A DNA stretch of 64,000 nt, taken from assembly GCA_033722075.1 (NCBI GenBank), contig JAWVZU010000001.1:129-64128 (forward strand), written 5' to 3'. The number at the start of each line of letters is the position of its first letter. Position 1 is the first letter of the stretch. A program made the position numbers and the translations under genes. This DNA is from Lysobacterales bacterium. GTDB taxonomy: Bacteria; Pseudomonadota; Gammaproteobacteria; Xanthomonadales; SZUA-38. Of the stretch, positions 1 to 8,409 are shown piece by piece. The notes under the pieces were generated by a model that was not told the origin of the DNA, ran no database searches, and saw nothing but the letters and a program-made list of their open reading frames with translations.

Positions 1-15
1 CGATCCCCCTCACGA

Positions 16-287
16 AGGAGCCCCGATGGACCCCCAAGACCCTCGCGGCGGTGTCTCTGCGTGGTCTGGGCAAGGCGCGAGGAGCGCCCTTGGCTTTCTG
101 CCAATAAGCGACGAGCAACACAGATCCAGGCCGCGCAGAGGCCCGTCCCTGCGGGTTGCGTCCCAGAAGCCCAGCTGCGGTGTTGAACGGTTTGGCCATA
201 GAGCGGGCTATGGCGCGGCGCCGTTCGCCTTGCATCTGGACTTCTGGAAAAGCAACGCGAGGGCCTTGGGGGTCCATCGGGGCTCCT
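16..287. repeat. Unclassified structured element. Long-range inverted repeat (16-47 pairs with 256-287, 31/32 complementary) around a hairpin-rich ~208-nt core.
   Basis: ggagccccgatggacccccaagaccctcgc (17-46) is the reverse complement of gcgagggccttgggggtccatcggggctcc (257-286) except at position 39/264. Flanking pairs a16:t287 and g47:c256 extend the helix. Internal hairpins include gccatag-agcggg-ctatggc (195-214) and caaggcgc...gcgcccttg (71-92). No credible CDS covers it. Confidence 0.6.
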
Positions 288-404
288 GTAAACCACGCTT
301 TTTCGGACGTTCAGCCAATCTGACGGCGCGAGCTGAACCGACAATTCCGGAAATCGGTGCAACATCCGGGTTAGACTTGCGCCCTTTCCAGACGAACGAG
401 AGCC

Positions 405-1715
405 ATGAGATTCGGACTGCTTCTAGCAACGGCACTACTCCTGAGCGCCTGCGGAAAGAGCGATACCGGCGGCGGGGAAGCCTCGACCATCGATACGATC
501 GCCGAGCGCTACGTCAAGCTCGCGCTGGCGATGACTCCGCATGATCCGGCCTATGTCGACGCTTATTTCGGACCCGACGCCTGGATCGACGAGGTCCGCG
601 AGTCGCCGCAGTCGCTGGAAGCCATCATCGCTTCGGCCGAGGCAATGATGCGGGAAGTCAATGCCCTTTCCCCGGAAGAGGCGGACCCGATCCGCGCCAA
701 GGGGCTCGCCAAGCGTCTCACCGCGCTGGTCGGACGGGCCCGCCTGGTATCCGGCCTTGCACTGGACTTCGATACGGAAGCACGGCTGCTCTATGACACC
801 GTACCGCCACAGGTCCCGATCGATCACTTCAGGACCATCCACGAAGAAATCGACGCCTTGCTGCCCGGCGAGGGCCCCCTGGCCGAACGGGTAGAGACCT
901 TCCGCAGCCGCTTCGTGATTCCCCGGGACAAGCTGGCGGAGGTGTTCGATGCGGCCATCGCGGAATGCCGCAGCCGGACCCTGGCCCACATGGACCTGCC
1001 GGACGATGAGCGTTTCACCCTGGAGTACGTCAACGACAAGCCCTGGTCCGGCTACAACTGGTACCAGGGGGACGCGGAAAGCCTCATCCAGATGAATACC
1101 GATCTGCCGATCTTCATCCATCGGGCCGTGGATCTCGGGTGCCACGAGGGCTATCCGGGTCACCACACCTACAACAGTCTGCTCGAGGCCAACCTGGTGG
1201 AAAAACGGAACTGGATCGAGTTCGCCCTTTACCCGCTGTTCAGCCCCCAGTCGCTGATCGCCGAGGGCACTGCCAACTACGGGATCAAGCTCGCGTTTCC
1301 GGCCGAAGAGCGAATCGCATTCGAGAAGGGGACCTTGTTCCCCCTTGCCGGCCTGGATCCGTCACAGGCCGACCGTTACTACGAACTCCTGGCGTTGCTC
1401 GAGGGCCTCGACTACGTCGACAACGAGGTGGCCAGACTCTACCTGGGCGAGGACATGGACCGTGAAACCGCTGCGGACTGGCTGGTGGAATACAAGCTGA
1501 TGTCGCCGGAGCGAGCAGCCCAGCGCGTGGATTTCATCGACACCTATCGCAGCTACGTAATCAACTACAACCACGGGCGGGACATGGTTGTGGCCTATAT
1601 CAACGCCGTGGCCGGAGACGACCCGGACGCGCGGTGGGAGGCGTTCACGTACCTGCTTTCCAATCCGCTCACGCCCTCGGACCTGACCCGAGCCACGGCC
1701 GGCGCAACGGACTGA
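405..1715 (+). CDS. Lipoprotein with a metallopeptidase-like HExxPGHH motif (DUF885-like)
   Basis: 436-aa ORF. The N-terminus MRFGLLLATALLLSAC has a signal peptide and lipobox Cys. CHEGYPGHH resembles the DUF885 HExxPGHH signature. The family assignment is from memory of that motif only. Confidence 0.6.
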   Translation: MRFGLLLATALLLSACGKSDTGGGEASTIDTIAERYVKLALAMTPHDPAYVDAYFGPDAWIDEVRESPQSLEAIIASAEAMMREVNALSPEEADPIRAKGLAKRLTALVGRARLVSGLALDFDTEARLLYDTVPPQVPIDHFRTIHEEIDALLPGEGPLAERVETFRSRFVIPRDKLAEVFDAAIAECRSRTLAHMDLPDDERFTLEYVNDKPWSGYNWYQGDAESLIQMNTDLPIFIHRAVDLGCHEGYPGHHTYNSLLEANLVEKRNWIEFALYPLFSPQSLIAEGTANYGIKLAFPAEERIAFEKGTLFPLAGLDPSQADRYYELLALLEGLDYVDNEVARLYLGEDMDRETAADWLVEYKLMSPERAAQRVDFIDTYRSYVINYNHGRDMVVAYINAVAGDDPDARWEAFTYLLSNPLTPSDLTRATAGATD

Positions 1716-1719
1716 AGCG

Positions 1720-2223
1720 ATGCTCGCCGGCAAGCGGATTGCCCTGATCGTCGCCATGGATCGGAACCGCGCCATCGGCCGGGACGGCGACATGCCGTGG
1801 CATCTGCCGGCCGACCTGCGGCATTTCAAGGCAACCACAATGGATCACGCGGTGATCATGGGGCGCAAGACCTTCGATTCGATCGGCAGGCCCCTGCCGC
1901 GACGCCAGAACATCGTCTTGACCCGGGACCACGGTTGGCGCGGCGACGGCGTCCAGGTCGTTCATGATCTCGATGCGGCCATCCGCCTGGCGATGACCGA
2001 TCCGGTGTTCGTCATCGGCGGCGGAGAACTCTATCGCGCCGTGCTTCCTGCGGCGGATCTGCTCTTCGTCACGGAGATCGATACGCAGGTCCGGGGCGCG
2101 GACACGTTCTTTCCCGAGATCGACCCGTCCCGCTGGACCGAGGAAAGCCGAAGTGAGCATTTCGCAGATGAAAGAAACCCGTTTTCCCTCTGCTTCGTCA
2201 AGTACACCCGCAAGGTCGCTTGA
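1720..2223 (+). CDS. folA: Dihydrofolate reductase
   Basis: 167 aa. IALIVAMDRNRAIGRDGDMPWHLPADLRHFKATT and GRKTFDSIGRPLPRRQNIVLT are classic DHFR N-terminal motifs. Confidence 0.93.
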   Translation: MLAGKRIALIVAMDRNRAIGRDGDMPWHLPADLRHFKATTMDHAVIMGRKTFDSIGRPLPRRQNIVLTRDHGWRGDGVQVVHDLDAAIRLAMTDPVFVIGGGELYRAVLPAADLLFVTEIDTQVRGADTFFPEIDPSRWTEESRSEHFADERNPFSLCFVKYTRKVA

Positions 2224-2259
2224 AGAGCGACGTCAGCCCAAACCGATGGAATAAGGAAG

Positions 2260-2733
2260 ATGTCCTACCGGAATTCAACCGCACGCATCCTGCAGAACTT
2301 CCAGAAGCTGCCCGCAGGGCTGTGGCTCTTCTCCCGCATGGTGTGCCTGAAGGCGCCGTATTTCCGTACCATCCGCCCGACTTTCCTCGATCTGCGCCCG
2401 GGCTATGGTCGGGCCCGCATCCGCAAGCGCTGGGGCGTGACGAATCATATCGGCACGGTTCACGCCATCGCCCTGGCCAATCTCTGCGAATTCCTGGCCG
2501 GAACACTGATGGAAATCAGCATCGCATCCGGCATGCGCTGGATTCCGAAAGGCATGGACATTCGCTATCTCGCCAAGGCCACCACGGATGTGACGGCGGT
2601 CTGTGAACTGGAGCGCTACGACTGGTCGGAAACACAGGATGTCCCGCTCATCGTGCGGGTCTACGATGATCGGGAGGAACAGGTCGCCGAGGCCACCATT
2701 CCCATGTACGTTTCCCCGCGAAGAGACGGTTAG
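2260..2733 (+). CDS. Hotdog-fold thioesterase-like protein (DUF4442/YiiD C-terminal-like)
   Basis: 157 aa. NHIGTVHAIALANLCEFLAG and the overall layout recall DUF4442 hotdog proteins. Assigned by pattern recognition only. Confidence 0.55.
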   Translation: MSYRNSTARILQNFQKLPAGLWLFSRMVCLKAPYFRTIRPTFLDLRPGYGRARIRKRWGVTNHIGTVHAIALANLCEFLAGTLMEISIASGMRWIPKGMDIRYLAKATTDVTAVCELERYDWSETQDVPLIVRVYDDREEQVAEATIPMYVSPRRDG

Positions 2734-2792
2734 CCTGGGAGCCCGATTGCCATTAGAGTGTCGCCAATGATGCGAATACGGCCACCCAATAC

Positions 2793-4928
2793 ATGACCGA
2801 GTCATCCACCCTGGACCGGATCGTCGACTGGGCCTTGCTGCGCCTGGGGAAGCAGCTCGTGATCGGAACGCCGCTGGGCCTGGGCAAGCCGAACGAGGTG
2901 CTGAATGCGTTCTATCGCCGGGCCTGTGCGGACCCCTCGATCGACCTGCAGATCGTCACCGCGCTTTCCCTGGACGTTCCCCAGGGAGACAACGAATTCG
3001 AGCAACGTTTCGTCGCGCCCTTTGCCGAACGCCATTTCGGACCGGACTATCCGCGCCTGGGTTTCGCCGTCGACCAGGCTGCGCAGACGCTGCCGGAGAA
3101 CGTGCGGGTCATCGAGTTCTACTTCCAGTCCGGCAGTCGGCTCGGCAACAGTGATGCCCAGCGCAATTACATCAGCAGCAACTATACCCATGTTGCCCGC
3201 GATTTCGTCTCACGCGGCGCGAACCTGATCCTGCAGATGGTCGCTGCGGGCGAGCACCACGGCGAACAGAAGCTCTCCCTGAGCTGCAACGCCGATGTCA
3301 CCCTTGAGCTCAAGGCTCGGCTCGAGCGTCAGCCGGACCATCGCTGCCTGTTCATTGCGCAGATCCATCAGGAGCTGCCTTTCATGCACGGCGACGCCAT
3401 CGTCGACCGGGACTTTTTCGACTGTATCGTCGAACCGAAGGCCAGCCACCGGCTGTTCGCGGTGCCGCGGGGCCCGGTCACCACGCGCGATCATTGGATC
3501 GGACTGCACGCCAGCGCGCTGATCCCGGACTCAAGCACCTTGCAGATCGGAATCGGCAGCCTCAGCGACGCACTGGTCTACGCCCTGCAACTGCGCAACG
3601 AACACAACGATCTCTATCGACCCCTGCTGGAAGCGGGCGGTACGGAACAGGCGGGCACGCTCATCGACCAGTTCGGAGGTCGGGGCGTCTTCGAGGACGG
3701 GATCTTCGGCGCCAGCGAGATGTTCATGGACGGCTTCATGCATCTCTACAAGGCGGGCATCCTGAAGCGACAGGCTTACAACGACGAGGTTCTCCAGGAA
3801 CTGGCGGACCGACACGAGCTGCCCGACGCGCCAACCCGGATGCTGCTCGAGAAGATGTGGGAAGGCCGCACGCTGCCCCGACATATCGACCGCGAGTCGC
3901 TGGCACACCTCAAGCGACTGGGAATTCTTTCGACAGACGTTCGCCTCGAGGACGACACCCTGGTGCGGGGCGAAGCGCGTGTTCCAAACGACCTGGCGGC
4001 AGTGGAGCATCGGGACCAGCTGAGCGCCCACTTCCTGGCCAGCGAGCTCGCACCCGGCATGCTCCTGGAAGCCGCCTTCTTTCTCGGCAGCGCACCGTTC
4101 TACCGATGGCTGCTGGAGCTCGAAGACGACGAGCGGCCCCATTTCTTGATGTCCGGCGTGAAGCGGATCAACCAGCTCTACGGCGGTCGTGAAGAGCTGG
4201 AAATCGCCCAGCGCCGACGCGCCCGCTTCGTCAATACCTGCATGATGATGACCCTGACCGGATCCGCCGTCTCCGACGGCCTGAAGGACGTCCAGATGGT
4301 CAGCGGAGTCGGCGGCCAGTACAACTTCGTCGCCATGGGGCATGCCCTGCCGGAAGGCCGTTCGATCCTGATGCTTCGGAGCGTCCGGGGCGAGGGCGCG
4401 GACGCGAAATCCAATATCGTCTGGGAATATCCCTACACGACGATTCCCCGCCACCTGCGCGACATCGTCATCACCGAGTACGGCATTGCCGACCTGCGTG
4501 GCCGCACGGACGAGGAGTGCATCGAGGCCATGCTGGCCATCACCGACAGCGCGTTCCAGGCTGAGCTGGCGGAGCAGGCCAAGCAGGCGGGCAAGCTGCG
4601 TGGCGATTACCAGGTCTCCGCTCACGCGCAGAACAACAACCTCGAGCGGCTCGACCGGATGTTGGCAGCTCATCGCACCGAGGATCGTTTTCAGCTGTTT
4701 CCCTTCGGTTCCGACTTCGATGACCTTGAGCTGCAGCTCATTGGCGGCCTGAAGAAACTGAAGGCGGCCTCGGCGAGCAAACTCACCCTGCTCAAGGCCG
4801 TGCTCACTGGAAGTCCGGCCCGCTATCCTGCACCGCTCGGTCGCATGGGGCTGGATGCGCCCCGCAGCGTCAAGGAACGCATCCTTGCAAGGCTTCTTGC
4901 GTGGGGTCTGCGCGAGAGCGAAACATGA
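2793..4928 (+). CDS. Acetyl-CoA hydrolase/transferase family protein (long form)
   Basis: 711 aa. N-terminal GTPLGLGKPNEVLNA and C-terminal SGVGGQYNFVAMGHALPEGRSILMLRS ... ITEYGIADLRGRTDEE match the acetyl-CoA hydrolase/transferase N- and C-domains. Confidence 0.8.
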   Translation: MTESSTLDRIVDWALLRLGKQLVIGTPLGLGKPNEVLNAFYRRACADPSIDLQIVTALSLDVPQGDNEFEQRFVAPFAERHFGPDYPRLGFAVDQAAQTLPENVRVIEFYFQSGSRLGNSDAQRNYISSNYTHVARDFVSRGANLILQMVAAGEHHGEQKLSLSCNADVTLELKARLERQPDHRCLFIAQIHQELPFMHGDAIVDRDFFDCIVEPKASHRLFAVPRGPVTTRDHWIGLHASALIPDSSTLQIGIGSLSDALVYALQLRNEHNDLYRPLLEAGGTEQAGTLIDQFGGRGVFEDGIFGASEMFMDGFMHLYKAGILKRQAYNDEVLQELADRHELPDAPTRMLLEKMWEGRTLPRHIDRESLAHLKRLGILSTDVRLEDDTLVRGEARVPNDLAAVEHRDQLSAHFLASELAPGMLLEAAFFLGSAPFYRWLLELEDDERPHFLMSGVKRINQLYGGREELEIAQRRRARFVNTCMMMTLTGSAVSDGLKDVQMVSGVGGQYNFVAMGHALPEGRSILMLRSVRGEGADAKSNIVWEYPYTTIPRHLRDIVITEYGIADLRGRTDEECIEAMLAITDSAFQAELAEQAKQAGKLRGDYQVSAHAQNNNLERLDRMLAAHRTEDRFQLFPFGSDFDDLELQLIGGLKKLKAASASKLTLLKAVLTGSPARYPAPLGRMGLDAPRSVKERILARLLAWGLRESET

Positions 4929-5161
4929 ACCCGATGAACGCATCGGGACAGAGCGCGCTCCAGGTGACCGGCTACCTGCTCTGGCGGGGTGGCTTGCTGC
5001 TGGCCGGGATCGGCGGATTGTATTCCCTGTTCAAGCTCGTTCTCGCCTATTGGCTGCTGCCGACCACGGTCACGACCGGCCTGGCATTCATTGCAACGGG
5101 GTTCGGTCTGGTGATGGCCTCACTGATTGCTGAACGCATCCGCGACGAGCGCAACGGATGA
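4925..5161 (+). CDS. Small two-TM membrane protein (78 aa), first of a tandem pair
   Basis: The ATG at 4925 overlaps the upstream TGA (ATGA). Two hydrophobic spans are followed by SLIAERIRDE. Its stop overlaps the start of the next small ORF (ATGA at 5158). Confidence 0.55.
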   Translation: MNPMNASGQSALQVTGYLLWRGGLLLAGIGGLYSLFKLVLAYWLLPTTVTTGLAFIATGFGLVMASLIAERIRDERNG

Positions 5162-5397
5162 TCCGGCTGCTGAGAATCATCGGGTTCCTCTTCATCGGCC
5201 TCGGCGCGCTGATTCTCCTCAGCTGGGCCTTCGAGCCGGCCCGTCAGCTGTGGCCGCTGGTGCTGGCGCTGCCTCTGCCGGTCAAGTTGGGTCTGGTCAT
5301 TGCCGTGATCGGTTTCATGGTGCTGATGGGCTCCCTGATCTGGGAGCGCACCGAAAGCAGCAGGACCGAGGGCAACCTGCTGGACGACGAGTATTAG
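5158..5397 (+). CDS. Small two-TM membrane protein (79 aa), second of a tandem pair
   Basis: Same architecture as the preceding ORF: two TM spans, then SLIWERTESS and an acidic tail. Translationally coupled to it. Confidence 0.55.
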   Translation: MIRLLRIIGFLFIGLGALILLSWAFEPARQLWPLVLALPLPVKLGLVIAVIGFMVLMGSLIWERTESSRTEGNLLDDEY

Positions 5398-5417
5398 CCT
5401 CGCAATTCGAAAACGTA

Positions 5418-5503
5418 ACCATGAAGGCATCAAGACGTGAAGGAACTGAGCGATACTAGGTTTTCCAACTTCACGCTTTCAGGCCTTCATGGTGGCGCTT
5501 TTC
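5418..5503 (+). terminator. Compound hairpin, possible terminator of the acetyl-CoA hydrolase/small-membrane-protein unit
   Basis: Outer stem accatgaaggc (5418-5428) pairs with gccttcatggt (5483-5493). Inner stem cgtgaag (5436-5442) pairs with cttcacg (5469-5475). It is followed by ggcgcttttcc, a short U run that is not immediately adjacent. Confidence 0.35.
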
Positions 5504-5528
5504 CAGTGCAACGATATGGGGAAAGCAA

Positions 5529-5864
5529 ATGATCTGTGTAACGACTGATTTTGTCGCGGGGCGGGAGATCGCCGAGACGATCGGCGTGGTGCGCGGCAGC
5601 ACCATTCGCGCCAAGCACGTGGGGAAGGACATCATGGCGGGCCTGCGGACCATCGTCGGCGGCGAGTTGAAGGAATACAGCGAGATGCTGATCGAAACCC
5701 GCAACGAAAGCATGAAGCGGATGATCGAAGCGGCGGAAAAACTGGACGCGGATGCAGTGGTCTCGGTTCGTTTCGTCACCTCCCAGGTCATGGCCGGGGC
5801 GGCCGAACTGCTAGCCTACGGGACCGCGGTGAAGCTCTCGACCCCGGACAGCGGGGCTGATTGA
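5529..5864 (+). CDS. ybjQ: YbjQ family (UPF0145) protein
   Basis: 111 aa. GVVRGSTIRAKHVGKDIMAGLRTIVGGELKEYSEML and AVVSVRFVTSQV are typical of YbjQ. Confidence 0.85.
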   Translation: MICVTTDFVAGREIAETIGVVRGSTIRAKHVGKDIMAGLRTIVGGELKEYSEMLIETRNESMKRMIEAAEKLDADAVVSVRFVTSQVMAGAAELLAYGTAVKLSTPDSGAD

Positions 5865-6718
5865 TGCGCTGGCGTGGAAGACGGCAAAGCACCAACGTCG
5901 ATGACCGGCGAGGAAAGCGCACCGGCGGCCCGGGGCTGAAGATCGGGGGCATTGGCGGGCTGGTGCTGATCGTGGTGGCGCTTTATTTCGGTGTCGATCC
6001 GCGCATCCTCCTTCAGGGGCAAGGTGTATCCTCGACTTCCTCACCCAGCGAGCCCTATCAGCCGACGGCCGCAGAGCAGGAACGTGCCGCCTTTGTCCGA
6101 GTAGTGCTGGCCTACACGGAAGACGTCTGGAGTACCTTGTTCAGAAACGCCAACCGTACCTATGAAGAGCCGACACTGGTGCTCTTCACGGACGCCGTGA
6201 GCTCGGCCTGCGGCTTCGCCCAGGCAGCAATCGGACCCTTCTACTGTCCGGCGGACAAGCAGGTGTATATCGACCTGAGCTTCTTCGACGCCCTCGCCAG
6301 GCGCTTCGGTGCACCGGGCGACTTCGCCCAGGCCTACGTCGTCGCCCATGAGGTCGGCCACCACCTGCAGACCTTGCTCGGCATATCGCAGCAGGTGCAT
6401 GCGCAGCGGCGGCAGCTGAGCCAGGCAGAAGGAAACCAGCTTTCGGTCCGCCAGGAGCTGCAGGCGGACTGTTTTGCGGGCGTCTGGGCACACCATGCGG
6501 ACAAGATGCAGGACATCATCGAATCCGGCGACGTGGAAGAAGCGCTTAATGCGGCCACCGCCATCGGCGACGACACGCTGCAGCGAAAGTCCGGCAATCA
6601 GATCAGTCCCGAGTCCTTCACTCACGGAACTTCGGAACAGCGGGTACGCTGGTTTCGACGGGGCCTGGAGACCGGCGACCTCGATCAGTGCGATACCTTC
6701 GCGGCCGACCGGCTCTGA
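5864..6718 (+). CDS. ypfJ: YpfJ-like neutral zinc metallopeptidase
   Basis: MRWRGRRQSTNVDDRRG matches the YpfJ N-terminus, and there is a HEVGHH zinc motif. I chose the ATG at 5864 (1-nt overlap with the ybjQ stop) over the track TTG at 5861. Confidence 0.85.
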   Translation: MRWRGRRQSTNVDDRRGKRTGGPGLKIGGIGGLVLIVVALYFGVDPRILLQGQGVSSTSSPSEPYQPTAAEQERAAFVRVVLAYTEDVWSTLFRNANRTYEEPTLVLFTDAVSSACGFAQAAIGPFYCPADKQVYIDLSFFDALARRFGAPGDFAQAYVVAHEVGHHLQTLLGISQQVHAQRRQLSQAEGNQLSVRQELQADCFAGVWAHHADKMQDIIESGDVEEALNAATAIGDDTLQRKSGNQISPESFTHGTSEQRVRWFRRGLETGDLDQCDTFAADRL

Positions 6719-6895
6719 CGCCTTGTCCCGACAAAAGCGAATGAACCGGAAGTCCGGGAAGAGCCGGAAGCTAAGACAGTTGGATTAGCAGGCTACGCTC
6801 CGATTCCTTGTCATTGCGTCAATTCGTTGATTGCGTAGGGACTTCTCGCCCTTCTGCCCCTTCCGGTGCAATGTCTTTGGTGCGACAGGTAGAGC

Positions 6896-8317
6896 CTATT
6901 CGGCGGTTTCTTCCCTGGCCTGCCGGAGTGTCTTGCGGCCTTTCTTGGGGCCTTCGACCGCCTGCTGCAGTTCCTTCAGCGATTCCCCGACGAGGTCGGC
7001 CAGATAGGCCACGTCCGGCACCGCGTCGCGGCACGCCATCAAGCCGAAATCGACGCTGTCCCGGTAGCTCATCACCGTGATGTTCAGCGCCTGACCGTCC
7101 ACCAGCACCGACAAGGGATAATTGGCCTTCAATTCGGCACCGCCGAAATAGAGCTTCACCCGTGGGCCCGGGACGTTCGAGATCGTGACGTTCGCCGGCG
7201 GCGGAACCAGTCCGCTCACCTTGAAACGGTTCAGGACGGCAACGAGCCCCTGGGCAAATACGGCAAAACTCGTGGCTGCGGCGGGCGAGACCGCCGCAAC
7301 TTCGCGCTTCGCCTGAATCGTCGACTGGCCGATGGCATCGAGGCGATCCAGCGGATCCTCGAGGTTCGTGCCCAGTTTCGCCGCAACGTAGGTGATCTGG
7401 TTGCCGGCCCGGTTGATCTGACGGACGGAGACGGGCACCGTCGCCACCAGGGATCGTTCCGGCAGCGCATCCTTCTCGAGCAGATAACGTCGCAGGGCGC
7501 CGGCACAGATCGCCAGCACCACGTCATTCACTGTTGCACCCGTTTCCTTGCGAAGCTTCTTGATCTCCCGCAGGGACAGCGTCTTGGCCGCAAAGCGCCG
7601 CGCGCCGGAGATCGGGCAGTTGAAGCGTGACTTGGGCGCGGTGAACGGAACAGGCGAGTAGTCGGGTTTGAGGCCGACCGTCTTCAATCCCTGGCCGAGC
7701 AGCAGTCGTCCCAGTTCGGCGCTCATCTGCGCCTGGCTGATCACCCCCTTCGCGGTGCCGGTGATGCGCGAGATGAGCCCCCTGTCCGGCCGGGAAAGCT
7801 TGCGTTTCTTCAGGCCGGCCCAGGGTGCGCGAACCGGCGCCTCGGGATCCGGCGTGAAGCAGGATTCCAGGATCTCGATACCGCCCATGCCGTCGATCGC
7901 CGCGTGGTGCATCTTCATGTAGATCGCGAACTGGCGGCCGCGCAGGCCCTCGATGATGTGGAATTCCCAGAGCGGACGCTCCCGGTCCATGACCCGGCTG
8001 TGCAATCGGGAAACCAGGGACAGCAGGTCCTCCATGGATCCCGGCTTGGGCAAGGCCGAATGCCGGACGTGATAGTCGAGATCGAAATGCGGATCGACGA
8101 TCCATTCCGGCGTGCCCACGAGGGTTGCCGATTTCAGACGAACATTGAAGGGCTGGCCGGCGGATTGTTCGCGCAGCTGGGCCAGCAGGTCCCGGACGAA
8201 ATTGCCCTTGTACCCGCTGGGAATCTCGAACACGCCGAGACTGGCCACGTTGACCGGCGTCTTCTGGGTCTCGAGCGCCAGAAAGGCCAGATCCAGTGCA
8301 TTCAGCCGTTGTCCCAC
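6896..8317 (-). CDS. Wax ester synthase/diacylglycerol acyltransferase (WS/DGAT)
   Basis: 473 aa. HHAAIDGMGG is the HHxxxDG acyltransferase active site, and the length and layout fit WS/DGAT. Confidence 0.88.
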   Translation of the reverse strand: MGQRLNALDLAFLALETQKTPVNVASLGVFEIPSGYKGNFVRDLLAQLREQSAGQPFNVRLKSATLVGTPEWIVDPHFDLDYHVRHSALPKPGSMEDLLSLVSRLHSRVMDRERPLWEFHIIEGLRGRQFAIYMKMHHAAIDGMGGIEILESCFTPDPEAPVRAPWAGLKKRKLSRPDRGLISRITGTAKGVISQAQMSAELGRLLLGQGLKTVGLKPDYSPVPFTAPKSRFNCPISGARRFAAKTLSLREIKKLRKETGATVNDVVLAICAGALRRYLLEKDALPERSLVATVPVSVRQINRAGNQITYVAAKLGTNLEDPLDRLDAIGQSTIQAKREVAAVSPAAATSFAVFAQGLVAVLNRFKVSGLVPPPANVTISNVPGPRVKLYFGGAELKANYPLSVLVDGQALNITVMSYRDSVDFGLMACRDAVPDVAYLADLVGESLKELQQAVEGPKKGRKTLRQAREETAE

Positions 8318-8409
8318 ACCCTGCTCCTGCGATTTCGAACCGGCGGTTAGCCCGCCATGTCCGCGAAATCATCGCCGCGCCGGTCCGTGCGTGTCAAACG
8401 GGATCCGAC

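Noticed and set aside
16-287. Identification of the left-edge element as RNase P RNA, tmRNA or 6S RNA
   Set aside because: It has no GGAAAGUCC P4 motif and no tRNA-like acceptor/T-arm with a CCA end or ANDENYALAA-type tag frame. A near-perfect 32-bp closing helix and a ~270-nt length do not fit 6S RNA (~180 nt with an interrupted stem). I leave it unclassified.
26-544. Track ORFs 26-544 (+) and 208-435 (-) across the left-edge structured element
   Set aside because: Both are Arg/Gly/Pro/Ser-rich, lack a ribosome-binding site, and overlap the lipoprotein gene start in another frame. The region is better explained as non-coding structure.
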